Source: Hamiltosporidium tvaerminnensis FI-OER-3-3 (Eukaryota > Fungi > Microsporidia). Taken from it: 64,000 nucleotides of DNA. Under the pieces are notes generated by a model. The model saw only the letters and a list, made by a program, of their open reading frames with translations, was not told where the DNA came from and made no database searches. A program made the position numbers and the translations under genes. Positions 12,090 through 24,908 of the stretch are shown one piece after another; the first letter of the stretch is position 1, and every line of letters begins with the position of its first letter. Location: assembly GCA_022605425.2 (NCBI GenBank), contig JAKIMF020000001.1, positions 2,480,001 through 2,544,000 on the forward strand, in the 5' to 3' direction.

Positions 12090-12850
12090 GAACAATTTGC
12101 AAGCCAAGTCACCGGGTATAAACCAAGGCTAAAAAAATAAAGGTAAACCATGAAAGTATGACTGATGCTTTACTAAAATAATTTAAGAATATTTAATTTA
12201 ACTCACTAGAATGCAAAAATGCAACAGTGAATAATGATGAAGGATTGTTAGGATGGCTCGAGTTCTTAAAAAACTGTAGCCCTACTTATTAGTAGTAGCT
12301 GTAGAAAAGGTATTGTTTCTAGAAGCAAGCAAATAAGTATATACGAATACTGGTGTATGTGCTACAGTAAATCAGATTATTCTTTGTATTAAGACTGATT
12401 ATCTATAAAATTGAGAAATTTAATGATTTTAAGATCTCTAGGATAAGTGATTATTGCCCGTTAATATAAATACTGCTAAAATTTCTTTAAACGGTTAATA
12501 AATTGACTTCAATACTAAATTAGTCTGTTACTGTTATTGCTAGCAAACTACCATCATTATTGACCCATCACTTATATATCTTTGCCCTCTACTAATTCAC
12601 AATTGCTTTAAGTTATTTATTGATCCTTGCTAGTTAATCAAGACAATTTTCAGTTCTTTTTAAGTTTTAGTTACGAAAGTAGTAGTAAAGTGCAAGAACA
12701 GATGTTAATTGATTTAAGTCATATGAAGCAACTTCTGCACGAAAGAAAGATCGAAGAGAGTTGGCTTGTCAACACGTCAGAAGCCCACAATTTTCCAATT
12801 TGTCTCTCTATGTATTTGCCTGAAATTCTGGGAAAAATAGTTGTTTAAAA
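12090..12850 (+). mobile_element. Possible highly decayed Merlin/IS1595-like DDE transposase relic
   Basis: Fragments read as NKGKP, VVAVEK and RKIEESW...MYLPEIL, resembling the Merlin motifs KYNRGR and IExxW...YLxEF. No intact ORF or TIR seen. Confidence 0.28.
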
Positions 12851-13529
12851 ATTTAAATATTTTCGCGTTCCTGCTTTCTAAAAATCAGTGCACCAATTGA
12901 ATACTTTCTAATAATTATACTGAAAGTAAAAAACATAATATATAGAATCAAGCATTTGCTCAAGAATCAAAAAATTGTAATCAAGAAAAGAAAAATTTAG
13001 AATCAGAATATGATGAAGGTAGCCTCATATACCATAGATAAATTTCTCATATTTTTAAAATTTTTATTGATTTACAATCAAAAAGTTAATTCTAATAACT
13101 TAATCTGGCCAATAAACTTTCAATAAAAAAATACTTAGATTTTAAATACAGTAATTAATCAATATTAAACTTAAATTATATTATTTACGAATTTCATATA
13201 AAAATAAAGTGTATTAGTGATCATCTAGTTTTATCAATACACTAAGAATTTATTAAGAGAAAATATGATTATTTATACTAAAAATATCAGGTTAGAGGAT
13301 TCTATCATATTAAGAATTCTCAGTGAATTACAAAACTTAAAATATTCGAAGTTAAAAGCTTTTAAACCAATTTATATTTCAAAGTCTCATCATTGAGCAA
13401 ACATAACAGAATATAACATAAAATTAAGATAATTAAACATAAAATAAATAAAAAAGAATTTAAGAATCTAAACTTAAAAATTTTAATTTTAATACAGAAA
13501 TACAGAGATAAATAAATGCAATAAAAACA

Positions 13530-16124
13530 TTAAAATATCGAATCTTTGATTCTTATAGATACAAATCTTACACTTTCACATGTATTTATTTCAAAAACAG
13601 ACTTATAAATTTCAAAAAAATTGCTTAACTCAAAATCCATCATAATTCCAATATTTTTAAGAAGAATATTCCATTCCATAGAACCGTTAATCATCAAAAT
13701 ATGGTAAATTAAACTAAAAAAACATTTATAATATTCATTTGGATGTTCAACAGTACAAAGAATCATTTCTAAAAAATTAGAATTTTCAAAAAATGAATGG
13801 TTTTCAAGTTTAAAAGATATTTTTTTCTTGAAAAAATCTGTTCCTTCAATCAAATGTAAATTTTTAAAACTTGAATAATTTCTTATAATTTTTTGAGAAG
13901 TCAAAAGTGACAAAACTTTCTTCAAATCTAAAATTGAAAATCCTTTAAAATTTAAATCAATCAATTTGTTGTGAAAAATTATCATTTCTTTGATTTTTAT
14001 ATACAAATTTTCTAATCTTTTACCAAAAATATTGTCAGTTGGTTTTGTAGATTGCGAAATAGAAGGAAAATAACTTTTAAATGCCATTAATCTACCTTCC
14101 AATGCCAGTTGATCTTCATCTACATAATTTTCTTTAATAAATGTGTAACATTTATCATAAAAATCATCTTCTGGAAAATCTTTTACAGAATAAAAAAAGT
14201 TTTCCCTTTTTTTCAAAGAAATGTACGGTTCGTTCTTTAAAAAAGTAAAAATTGTATTTTCTTCTTTGAATTCCTTCCTTAACAATTTAATTTCTACACA
14301 TCCGTTACTTCTAAAAACCTGTAAAAAACCCATTTTTTCTAAATCCATAAAATATCCATCAAATGCTTTTATCTCAACCTTTTGGTTTACATAAGTTCCA
14401 TAAGAAGATTCCATCAGAAAATTTCTTACTTTTCCATACAAAATTCCCATTTCTTTTTCATCCTTCATATTTTCTGAATTATTGTATTCCATTTCAATAT
14501 TTGAAAATAAAATGTTTTCTTTTTCTAAATCCTTCAAATTATTAGAGTTTTTGTATTCCATTTCAATATTTGAAAATAAAATGTTTTCTTTTTCAATTTC
14601 ATTTTCAAAAAATTTTCTTTCAAAAATTTCAGTTTTCAATTTTTTTACATTCAAATTTCCATTAAACAGTGATTTCCTTATTTCTTCAATTATAAAGTTT
14701 TTAAAATTTGGTTTTTTAAAAGAAAGCAATCCTAAGATTAAATAAAGCGGCATTTCATTAATAATCAAATGATCAAAAACAAATCTTTCCTGTTGTTTCT
14801 GTGTTGAAATATTCCGAAGAAATAAATAAAAATATTTATTACGAATATTTTTATCTGAAATAAATCCGTTATCTTTTTCTAAAAACTTAAAATATATGAC
14901 AAAATATCGATAAATATTTTGTTGAAATTTACTAAGTTTTTTTATTTCAAAAGATTCTTTTTGTGATATTTTATTGAATATTTGTTCATCTTCCTTCGCA
15001 TTTTTATCAGAAATGACGTATCTGACATTATTATCTTTGATAATGGATTTACATACATTGAAACCACCTTTAATAGCAGAATTTATAATAGTTCTTCTAT
15101 CAAGATCGTATTTCACACCAAGAATTCTTTTCAATTCATCTACATTGTCTCTATCTAAAAGAAAAGAACCTTTTTGATCGATAAGACATTCAATTGCATG
15201 TATTCTATCTTCAACGGTTATCATTTTATTTCCACTATATGGTTCTTCTTCTTGGCTTGTAAATATTTCAGATTTATTTTTACATTTTTCTAATTGTTCG
15301 ATAAAATAGAATTTCGTTCTTTTTATTTTTCCATCAAATTCATCTCTGCTAATAATTTTTCCTTCGTTTATTTTAGACAATTTGGTTAAAAGTTTTAATC
15401 CAACTTTTATTTTGATACCAAATTTTTGAAAAATATCGTGCGATGAAATACCGTGTGCAGATTGAAAAACCAACCTTCGTATTTGTTCGTAAAGAGGAAT
15501 GTCAAAGCGTAGTTCGTTTTTAGAAAGATCGTGTGTATTTAAATCTGTATTTAATTGATTTCTGACTGATGGTTGTATATTTATATTTGGTTGGTTATTT
15601 TTAAGAGTTAAAATACATCCGTTTTCATCTCGAATTAATTTAACTAAATATCCGTTATTATAAGATTTCTTTTCTAATAAACCGAGACTGGCAAGTTTTT
15701 TTACCAAATAAAATAATTTTTTTGGTTGCAAATTCAGTGCACTTTTAAGTTCTGAAGAATGAACAAATTCATTTTTAGAAAGAAGAAGATTTATAAAAAG
15801 ATAATATTCTTTAGAAACGAAATTGAAAGCCCCGTTTGTTAAATAATCTTTCCATGCAACCGTTTCCATTCTAATATATTTATTTTTAAGAAAATTCAAT
15901 AAAAATAAGTCAAATCCATTTTTTGTGTAATGATTGTAAGCAGTTAATCTTTCATTTGGGAGAGATACGAGTGTAAAAGATGCTTGTAAATTCTTTATTT
16001 CATTGTGACTAACTATTTCTACCCATGTTTTTTCTAATAAAAGAATTATTTCTTCTTGTGTAAGTTCTGATATTTTTGTACCGTAAATACCAAATGAAAA
16101 CAGTTTTTGCTTTAAATCTTGCAT
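13530..16124 (-). CDS. Probable RNA polymerase III factor TFIIIC B-block-binding subunit (Tfc3/GTF3C1-like, tandem winged helices)
   Basis: 864 aa. Winged-helix segment at ~aa105-155 (SSELKSALNLQPKKLFYLVKKLASLGLLEKK) and a second one (PLYEQIRRLVFQSAHGISSHDI) as in Tfc3. CCCCC lies 6-10 nt before the ATG. Confidence 0.6.
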   Translation of the reverse strand: MQDLKQKLFSFGIYGTKISELTQEEIILLLEKTWVEIVSHNEIKNLQASFTLVSLPNERLTAYNHYTKNGFDLFLLNFLKNKYIRMETVAWKDYLTNGAFNFVSKEYYLFINLLLSKNEFVHSSELKSALNLQPKKLFYLVKKLASLGLLEKKSYNNGYLVKLIRDENGCILTLKNNQPNINIQPSVRNQLNTDLNTHDLSKNELRFDIPLYEQIRRLVFQSAHGISSHDIFQKFGIKIKVGLKLLTKLSKINEGKIISRDEFDGKIKRTKFYFIEQLEKCKNKSEIFTSQEEEPYSGNKMITVEDRIHAIECLIDQKGSFLLDRDNVDELKRILGVKYDLDRRTIINSAIKGGFNVCKSIIKDNNVRYVISDKNAKEDEQIFNKISQKESFEIKKLSKFQQNIYRYFVIYFKFLEKDNGFISDKNIRNKYFYLFLRNISTQKQQERFVFDHLIINEMPLYLILGLLSFKKPNFKNFIIEEIRKSLFNGNLNVKKLKTEIFERKFFENEIEKENILFSNIEMEYKNSNNLKDLEKENILFSNIEMEYNNSENMKDEKEMGILYGKVRNFLMESSYGTYVNQKVEIKAFDGYFMDLEKMGFLQVFRSNGCVEIKLLRKEFKEENTIFTFLKNEPYISLKKRENFFYSVKDFPEDDFYDKCYTFIKENYVDEDQLALEGRLMAFKSYFPSISQSTKPTDNIFGKRLENLYIKIKEMIIFHNKLIDLNFKGFSILDLKKVLSLLTSQKIIRNYSSFKNLHLIEGTDFFKKKISFKLENHSFFENSNFLEMILCTVEHPNEYYKCFFSLIYHILMINGSMEWNILLKNIGIMMDFELSNFFEIYKSVFEINTCESVRFVSIRIKDSIF
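14475..14600 (-). repeat. In-frame 69-bp tandem duplication inside the Tfc3-like CDS
   Basis: EKENILFSNIEMEY(K/N)NS occurs twice, 23 aa apart. Identical DNA starts at 14482 and 14551. Confidence 0.9.
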
Positions 16125-16273
16125 CTAAAGGGGGTAATTTAAAGGAGGTTTTTCATATTTAAAAAAACCGAATTTTTATTAAACAAATTAAATTTGGTTT
16201 TTTTTTGATTAAATTTTAAACAATTTTATAATTTTAAGAACTATAAAGTTTAAAGAAACTTGGATAAAATCCA

Positions 16274-16445
16274 TTTTTTTATTTTTATTTAATATTCTTT
16301 GACTGTCGTAATACAATTTTTTTATTTTTATTTAATATCCTCTGACTCGTAATACAATTTTTTTATTTATATTTAATATTCTTTGGCTGTCGTAATACAA
16401 TTTTTTTATTTTTATTTAATATCCGTTGACTGTCGTAATACAATT
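16274..16445. repeat. Minisatellite, 4 x ~43 bp
   Basis: Unit TTTTTTATTTTTATTTAATAT(T/C)CTTTGACTGTCGTAATACAAT, head-to-tail with no spacers, 150-320 bp upstream of the Tfc3-like ATG. Confidence 0.9.
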
Positions 16446-18453
16446 TAACACATTTAGTAAAAATGGCAAAGAGTCTTGGTAATGTCCTATAAATTTATTG
16501 AAATAAAAATATTTTCGCATTTTATTTTATTTTTTACAATAGAATTGGCTGATAAAAAGAAGATTTTATTACCCCTCTGAGTATTGAAAAAAGTTTATTT
16601 TGAATTACACTTCTTTGAAAACTTTTCTCGTTTATTTATTCTTTTTTAATTTTTATTTTTTATAATTTGTCTGTTATAACTTATTTTGTTCAAAACTTAG
16701 TATTTTTTTCATTTTGCATGACCTTAGTATGTTAAAAAGACATTTGATTCATATCTTAATAATATTTAGTGAAGAATATATTACAAAAATAAAGTTAAAC
16801 ATATAAATGTGGGGTAAAAATATAGAAGAAGTTTGTAGTTTATGATAAGAAAGTATTGGTTAACTCATAGGATGGAGGACTGTTTGGATGGTTTGCTATG
16901 GATGTTTTTTTTAAAAAAACTTTGTAAGCTTTTTCTATAAATCTCTGTTATTTATACTCCATGCTAATTTGGAATCTATTATTAAAAAAAATTGAAATTA
17001 TAATGTGACTAATACAAGTCAGTAAATTGCTGTGATTTGGATCGCAGATTTATCAGATATATAGAATGTTTATAAGATGTAATTATTAAGAGGAAAGTAT
17101 GTTTTAAACCAAAATATATCAATGGCGTTGTAGGTTTCGAATTTGAATAAAATGTATCAACATATATACGTGTAAATACTGTTCATTTTTTAGACAAAAA
17201 TTAAAACAAAAAATGTGGAACAAAGACCGATTTTAAGGTCAAATTAAATTAACCATGGTAGCTATGTAAGGATTTTTATACTCTAATTTATGATAAATAC
17301 GGATATTGAAAAAAGGAATAAAGAATATTGAAAAATATGTTAAAATTGTGGTTTTTTTATTTGAATGATTCAGAAAACACCTTAATAAAAATATATATTA
17401 TAATACGAAATAGGTATATTTTAATCTATCTGATATGACTCAAATAGAAAAGGCAAAAGAACAATTTTTCGTGTAATTACGTAAAAAAATTACAAGAGTA
17501 TGCGAAAAATAATTTTAAGAGACTTATTTGGGATCTAATTTATGTTCAGATAATTTTGCTTGTTTTTGCAGCTATACACTATAAATCTAAAAGAAGAAGT
17601 TGAGATTAACTCTATTTATTCAATTTTTGAAAAAAAATATTCCGATAAAAAAAGTAAAAAAAAAACCAAGCGATAGAAACTGGTTTTGAACCAAACAAGT
17701 ATCTTAGTTAGAATTATTAATAGATAGCACTCATTGATATTAAATTAAATATCGTGATTCACTCTAAATCGGTAAACATGTAATAATGAAGAAAAGGCGC
17801 TTGTTAGTCAATGAGCTGAGCTTTATTTATAAATTATTTTCTATGAAAAACTGGTTTTTTAAATCTTACTTTTATTTTGTTTAAATGCTTAGATATACTT
17901 TATAGAACTTGGGTGTTGGAAAAATATGGATATTCGTTGAACCAATAGTATTCTCTAAACAAGTCAACCATTTTTTGATTGACGAGAATGTATGTTGTGA
18001 TATTTAACGAAAATGTGATTTCGTTATATACGTAAAGAAATATTAGAAAAATAGAAGAATGGAATCAGATCGCTTACCAGTATTATAAATAAACATTAAA
18101 AGCAACGAATGTGTTTAAAGAAGCAATAGATACATTGAACTTCTACTGTGATCTAAAAGACAAAAAATATAACTAAAAAACATGTAAAAAGAAATTTAAT
18201 ATTAAAAAGAAATTGACTGAGCAGAAATATATACAAAAAACAATGCAAAAAATAACATGAAATAAATCTGCATTCAATAGATGTTATTACCAATAAAAAA
18301 TTAAACGTTAAATGCCATGGTTTTTAAAAAAAGAAGGCTATAAAAAAAATAAAAATTTATGTGAATCCAAACAAACTTAATACTTCTTTATTTGATATAT
18401 CCTATCAGGTATTCCAACTTCTTCTTATTCTTCGTCGTTTATTCACGTAGTTT

Positions 18454-19131
18454 TTAAAAGATATATAAAATAATATCTGACGAAGTGAATGTGTCATTTC
18501 CTATCTTCATTGAGTTAAATATAAAACGATCGGAGCAAAAATTTAGTTCAGCCCCGATTTCACCTTTTATTCCGTATCCCTTAACTTCATTTCCATTAAC
18601 TATGTTGAAAATAATAATGTTTTCCTCATTTTCATATGTGCCATATTTAAGTTTTTGATGAATAAATTCTAAAAGCCTGTAGATTTCTTTTATATAATGT
18701 TTTCCTTTTAACCAAAATCCAATTTTGGCAAAGAAAAGTATCATTTTTCACTATATTTGAAAATTTTGAAAGCTCTATATCAAATGATTTTATTTGATTT
18801 GTATTTGAAAGACCCATTTTGACTTCAGAGTTTTTTTTATACTCGAAAATTTCTAAAAACTGTTGCCTGTTAATTTTATGATTTAATTTAATGATTGTGA
18901 AAACTTTAATTGTTTACCACAACGAGCGCCAGCTATTTCTGTTTTTTTTAATTCGACAATCAAATTTTTATATTCATCCGTTTCGGAAACCAATTTAAAA
19001 TCCTTTTCAAATTCATTTATGATATTCGTAACTATATTATATCCGAAGTCGAATACCATCAAACAAAGTACAATAATACACCCAGAAACTATAGCCGCGA
19101 TTTTAAATCCTTTTGTTTTGAAAAAAGACAT
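18454..19131 (-). pseudogene. Frameshifted gene for an N-terminally membrane-anchored protein (~225 codons)
   Basis: ORF 18883..19131 has an N-terminal TM (IAAIVSGCIIVLCLMVF). A third frame (TIIKLNHKINRQQFLEIFEYKKNSEVK...) bridges it to ORF 18454..18744, implying two frameshifts or sequence errors. Confidence 0.5.
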
Positions 19132-19651
19132 GGTAGTATTTGAAAATTTAAATATATGTTAGAAAAACGGTCTAGTTCTTTTCCAAATCCAATTAAATTA
19201 ATTTAGAAATATTGACTTGCCATTTAGATTTTTTTTGTATTTAATTTTCATATGAATCCAATCAAATTTATAAGTGTGATCATTGAAATATCATGTCATC
19301 TTATAGTTATTCGTGGTAGAAATTCACATTTTATTGAACTAACAAATCGATTCATCTGTTTTGAAAAAATGCAATTCGTATTATCACAATGCCAGATATA
19401 TCTAGTCTAGTATATGAGCCCGCAATATCATGAAGATGACCAAAACTTGCCTCGAAATGACTATTTGTTGCTAAAAATAAAAACAATATAGTGTTTTGAT
19501 TAAGAACATGAATCTTATGGTTTGTTTCTAAACCTTACAAACCGAGCAATGGTGGGCGGAAGTAGACCTTTACACACCCCTAAACGTTTAATTGGTTTAA
19601 AAAAAAATTCTCTAAAAACGTAAAGTTTCATTCTAGGCTAAAGCGCATCAA

Positions 19652-21065
19652 TATTTAATTAAAATCTAGGTTAACAAGTTTCTCACCTTTGAATCATTTT
19701 TTCTGCCATTTTAACAACCTCATTATCTTCCTCTAAATCCGACTTTTTGTTTATGTTTATTGTCGGTTCTTTCACTGTGGTTAAACCATCCAAACTAAGA
19801 GATATAATATTTTTGGAATTTATTTGGTTAACACCAACTTTCTTGTATTTTCTTGCGGTAATGGGGTGTTGGTTTTTTATGCATCTCAGCTCCTAAAATA
19901 ACACTTAATTATGCTCTCTTCCAACTCTGTTCGGCATTTGGTCTAGACTCAAGTCCCCTTCGTCGATCAAAAGAAATTGTTTCGACCGTCTTCTTGTGCA
20001 CTATGGATTGTATATATGCCTCTATATTTATGAGTATTTCTAGTCTCTTAACATAGGTCCTATGGTATTTTGTCACAATACCGTCCCAAGTCATCAAATA
20101 AGGAATTATCTCTAGACTAAATTATAAATAAGACCTAACTCATTTGCTGATAGGTTTACTTCCTAAGCGTCTCGGTTTCAACTATTTGCAGAGAGTCTTG
20201 GGATGTGATTCCCACTTGAACGAGGGTTATACTATTTTTTCATTTATCGAAAACGAATATATCGAATATATTACACCGAATCTTGACATCGTTTTTATCC
20301 TAGTTTCCAATCTTATCTCTGCACACTCATTATTAAAAATTCTTGCACTGAGTGGCTTCTGATCTGTTTTGAAGACTTAAACTTATATCTATTTAAGAGA
20401 AGTAGTTGTATGCATTGTATCACTTCATTTTGTCATCTAGTACAGTTAAGGCCAAGCATTTTTTTACATCTAGTTGCTAAATGGTCTATTGTTTTTCTTG
20501 ACTGATTGCAGTGTTGGTACACACCTTATGATCTCCAGAAAAAATTTCTGTCTTAGATATAGCAGAACACTGATTCATTATGGGACATGATTTTGCTCTT
20601 CTTTAGCCATCTAGACGAGGCACTAATACTCCCAAGCTCGCCTTTTCTTACATTATATAACTTTGAATCTAATTTTCTTTTTTCTATTTCGTGGTGTAAT
20701 TTTGCAAGTTGAGCTTCTTCTAAATTCCTCTTAGTGACTGATTCTTCTAACTTATATTTCACTTTTATAATTCCTTTTATTAGTGGAAGATGGGTTTTAT
20801 TAGTATTCTCTACCTTGAGGATCGCTGATCTCCTAGTTAATATTTCTTTACTTTTTCCAGACAATCCAAGAGTTGCAGAAGCATTTTTTGCATATCTCAA
20901 CACTATGAATATCTTTTTGAGGTTTTTTTCTAAGAATTTATGCACTCTCTTTTAATTCTGAGCGGATATGGACTTTGTTTCTTAATGAGGCCACACTTAG
21001 TGCTTCATCTAGCTAAAAAAGGTCAGTATTTTACGTCGAATTACTCTCATATAATAGTTTATCGA
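19652..21065 (-). mobile_element. Diverged, 5'-truncated R4/Dong-type copy
   Basis: ORF pieces TWDGIVTKYH...TVETISFDRRRG and AILKVEN...EEAQLAKL...FCYI are homologous to the 8174-11975 element. Related 3' end AACCTAGATTTTAATTAAATA. Confidence 0.88.
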
Positions 21066-22290
21066 TAATATTACACTTACACAATTGCATTTTCATTATT
21101 TCAAATTGAAAACTATTTTTAATAGTACATATTTTATTTATATTTAGGTTTGAATAAAAATGGCATGTTTTCACTTTCATTTATTATATTAAAGCAGTTC
21201 TAGGTTAACTTTATAGTATTTAAAAAACACCATTCGTACCTCCTGTGATTCTTATCTCGAGGAAGTGTGTAACTCATCTAATTAACGAAAAAGTTGCTTT
21301 GATTTAGTTGTATTTTAAGCCTAACTTATCGGAGAACAAGCCAATTGAGTATCCACGAGCCCGGCAGCGTTCTTATATACTTACACCTTACAGCCGAATA
21401 GATTCTTACCGAAATATATCGCTATGAATTACATAGGTTTTGCTCCGGTATTGTAATGCCATAATAACATTAGCATCTGCTATTTAGCACTCTCGGCTTA
21501 TTTAAAGGGGTTTTTATGTATCTTATACACACACAGTTTTTCTACTTGAATAGGCAAGGCTAAATTATCTTGCTTTTAAATTAAATTTCTCTATTATCTC
21601 GGCCGGGTTTTCTAACTTAGTTAGATGAAAAAACTTTAATTTTTTTGTCGAAAATGTTTTACAATCTATACACGTCTCTCTCTTTATACAAATTTTCTGG
21701 CAAAAATGAAAATTTGGTTGGCTGCTTATTAAAAATCAAAAAAAAAAACATTCAAATCAATTTCAACAAATCATTACCAAGATAAAAGTTTTTACTTGAA
21801 TATTCTCTTTCATTGTTGACATAAATAAATATGTTTAAATTGATATTATATTCTATTAACTTTTCTGTCTTTACAATATTTTTATGCCACAATAATTTTT
21901 TAAGCTTTGTTAATTTAGAAATATTTCTTGTATTTTTACGAATTTATTTACTATTCAAGTTACATCAATTTTATGAAATTGTTTTCAATTATTTTTAGAT
22001 TAAAAAATACTTTCAATAGGAAAATAATTTAACTTCGTAGTTTATTCTTTACAATTTCGAAAAGAAACTGAATTTAAGGCAAAAATTCATTCGAAAAAAA
22101 ACAATTAAAGATGAAAGATTTATTTGAAAGAAATATACTTTTGGTAAAAAGACTTGTAAAAAGCACAGAATTTCGACATAAAAAAGTTTTAAAAAAATAA
22201 AAAATTTATGAAAAGAGATTTTTCGAGCAGGACAAAATTTCGAGATAAAAAAAATTTCTTAACGAATAATAAAATTTATGAAGAAAGATT

Positions 22291-22992
22291 TTATTTACTC
22301 ATAATCTCATCATACAATTGACTGATATCATAGCTTCCTATCTTTTCCCATCCATTACAATCCATAAAATATAGATTAACTACACCACCAGAAAAGGCAT
22401 CTCGATGTCCCGCATGAAATATAGCTCTTTTTCCTAACGAAAGTGCTTCGTCTTTTGACATATCAAATTTATATTCAGAATTAAGGATACCGTGCGCTAT
22501 TGTACTTCCACTTCCCACTGAAAATAATTTCCCTTCGAGTCTCCTACCATCATTGTCCACATAATACAAACCTGGACCATTTTTATCCCATCCACATATC
22601 ATAGTTCCCATAGAAAGGCCATATCTTCTGTATGGATATATAGAATTACTCAGATACATACTAGCAGCACGTGCTGTTATTCTTCTACCATTGTGTAATT
22701 CATATCTTTTGGCTTCGATTCCCATAAGTTTTTCCCAATAAAAACAATCAGCTGCTCCACCTGCCATCGTGCCAAGTAAATATTTATTAACTTCAATTAC
22801 TTTATTGACAGTCTGAGAAGCAATATACGGTCCTGAAGTAGCCCTAGAATCCACTGCAATAACCATTCCACCAGAAAATATAAATGCTAAAGTCGTAGTG
22901 CCATAAAATGGTTTAATTGTATTTTTTATTATATCGCTATCTATTTTTGTCAATTCTATTTCTTTCACACTCTTGAATACAGAATCTTCCAT
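22291..22992 (-). CDS. PRE2: 20S proteasome subunit beta-5 (chymotrypsin-like)
   Basis: G-TTTLAF autocleavage site, AVDSRAT, TMAGGAADC, SVGSGS, HRDAFSGG. CCC before the ATG. Confidence 0.97.
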   Translation of the reverse strand: MEDSVFKSVKEIELTKIDSDIIKNTIKPFYGTTTLAFIFSGGMVIAVDSRATSGPYIASQTVNKVIEVNKYLLGTMAGGAADCFYWEKLMGIEAKRYELHNGRRITARAASMYLSNSIYPYRRYGLSMGTMICGWDKNGPGLYYVDNDGRRLEGKLFSVGSGSTIAHGILNSEYKFDMSKDEALSLGKRAIFHAGHRDAFSGGVVNLYFMDCNGWEKIGSYDISQLYDEIMSK

Positions 22993-24680
22993 TTTAAGGG
23001 AGTTTTTATTGTTAGAAATATATTTTAAGACATTTATAAAAATTCAAAAAAAAATGACAAATTTTTTTGAAAATATTTAATGATTATGAGGTGTAAAATT
23101 TTAGAAAAGAACGAACAACCATTAATGAATCAATTAATAGTTTTTAAAATAAATCCATTTTTTAATATTTTTTGATGAAGAAAGAAATAAAAGAAATCTT
23201 TTTAATAAAACATTTTTAAAAATAGATGTTTAAATGAATGAAATTACAATTAATAAACAAAAATAGTAGGTTTCAAAATCAGAATGCCTAACCGTGTATT
23301 TTATTTGAAATATGCTTTGAATTGCCATAGTATTTGAATAATTGGATACTTAAATAAAAAAAATTGTTATATGTTTAATTTTCGGTTAGAATTGGTATAA
23401 AATCTATTTTATCCTGAAATATTTTTCTGTCAATTTTTAATATTTTTTCTGAGGATTTATAAATTAATTATACTTGATAATATTCAAAAATTACGTACTT
23501 TGCCGAGCTGAACTTCATAAAGACTTTACTACTGTTTAAAAACATTTTCCAATTGAATATCACCAAAATTCCAAAATTAAATTTATTTTTTTCATAATTT
23601 TAATTTGTTATTGACAATCTAGTTTTTTGAGATTTTCGTTATTTTCATATCAAAAATTAAATACTTTCTCTGTTTAATATTTTATTCAACTATATGCAGT
23701 CTTATTTTTATTAAAATAATTAAATAAGTCGAAACTAATCCGAGATTGTTTTTATTTTTTGGCTCAATTTTGTTGGTATTTAGTTTCTTTCTTGCTTTCA
23801 AATAATCTCAGATATTAGAATATATTATTTATTACAATCACTTCCCATTTATTATATTCTAAACTATAATATATCCTTAAAAATAAATGATATTACTTCT
23901 TGATCTAATAGATATTTAATTAAGCTTACAGATGTTCGCATAATCATCTATAATACAAGTAGTCTCGTTTTTAATTTATATATATGACTAATAGGGTTTA
24001 AAATCTATAGAATCATCATATATTGTATAAAATAATTTCTTCGCTTAGTTATAATCAAAATTGACTGTCTATTTATACAGTAGCTTCGTTCTTAAATCTT
24101 TTAAATTCCTCTCTTATTTTCTCTTTTGATATTTCTTAATTTAGCAAACACCTGCATTTTATGTAATTTACCTTATTCGTCAGTAAAAAAATTTATGATT
24201 ATATGCATTACATATTTCACTTTATCTAAGATATACTAAATTTATTTTTAGTTCATCAAAGCAAAATTATACAATCACTTACAAAGAAATACAGCAACAC
24301 TAATTTATACGGAAAATATATTCCTAAGATTGTGATATTATTGTAGGATAGAATTTGGGTAATTTTATTTTGTTATAAATATACTCGAAACATATTTAAG
24401 TATTTTTATTGTATTACTTCATTTTATATTTTATTCCTTGTGATTTTTGTTTGAAAGTTTTATTGTTCATAAGATTATCTTCAACAGACGAAAAAGCCAC
24501 CGTTTTTATTTCGAGTTTTGAATTTAAGTAATTATCATATAGATATTATGAAATCAATTGCTTTATAGTGAGAAAGCTTTTGAATACTATTTTTAGGCTT
24601 CACTTGCAAAAATATATTCTATAGTGTGTTCGACATGCAATTTTACATAAATTAATGTAATTTGTTGCTTGTATTTCTCT

Positions 24681-24908
24681 CCCCTCTTCCATCCCTCCGG
24701 GTCAGAATTGGTTTGGGCATTCTATTTGGTAAGAGGCACAAAAGGTACTAGTCTTCCAGGTTGGAGTTGGCCGTAAGGTTTACAAGCTACCTTTCAAAAC
24801 CACTTTGTTATGAAACCCGAAAAAATAAATAAACACACTGGAAAAAGAACGGTGGGCGGTATTACCGAGGGAAGTCAAGGCTCGTATTGGGGCTATGGTG
24901 CCGATGAT
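24681..24908 (+). mobile_element. ~230-bp RTE-related SINE-like element, copy B
   Basis: CAGAATTGG...GTAAGAGGC...TTGTTATGAAACCCGAAAAAA...CGGTGGGCGG...GGGCTATGGTGCCGATGAT, colinear with the other copies. Confidence 0.8.

Noticed and set aside
16274-16445. CRISPR-like array (also considered for 52113-52282 and 52608-52728)
   Set aside because: Units are head-to-tail with no unique spacers, there are no cas genes, and the context is eukaryotic.
16790-17300. Possible second Merlin-like relic
   Set aside because: Only vague motif resemblance, with no alignable block.
22090-22290. Imperfect ~70-bp repeat downstream of PRE2
   Set aside because: Only about two degenerate units in low-complexity sequence, with no functional inference possible.
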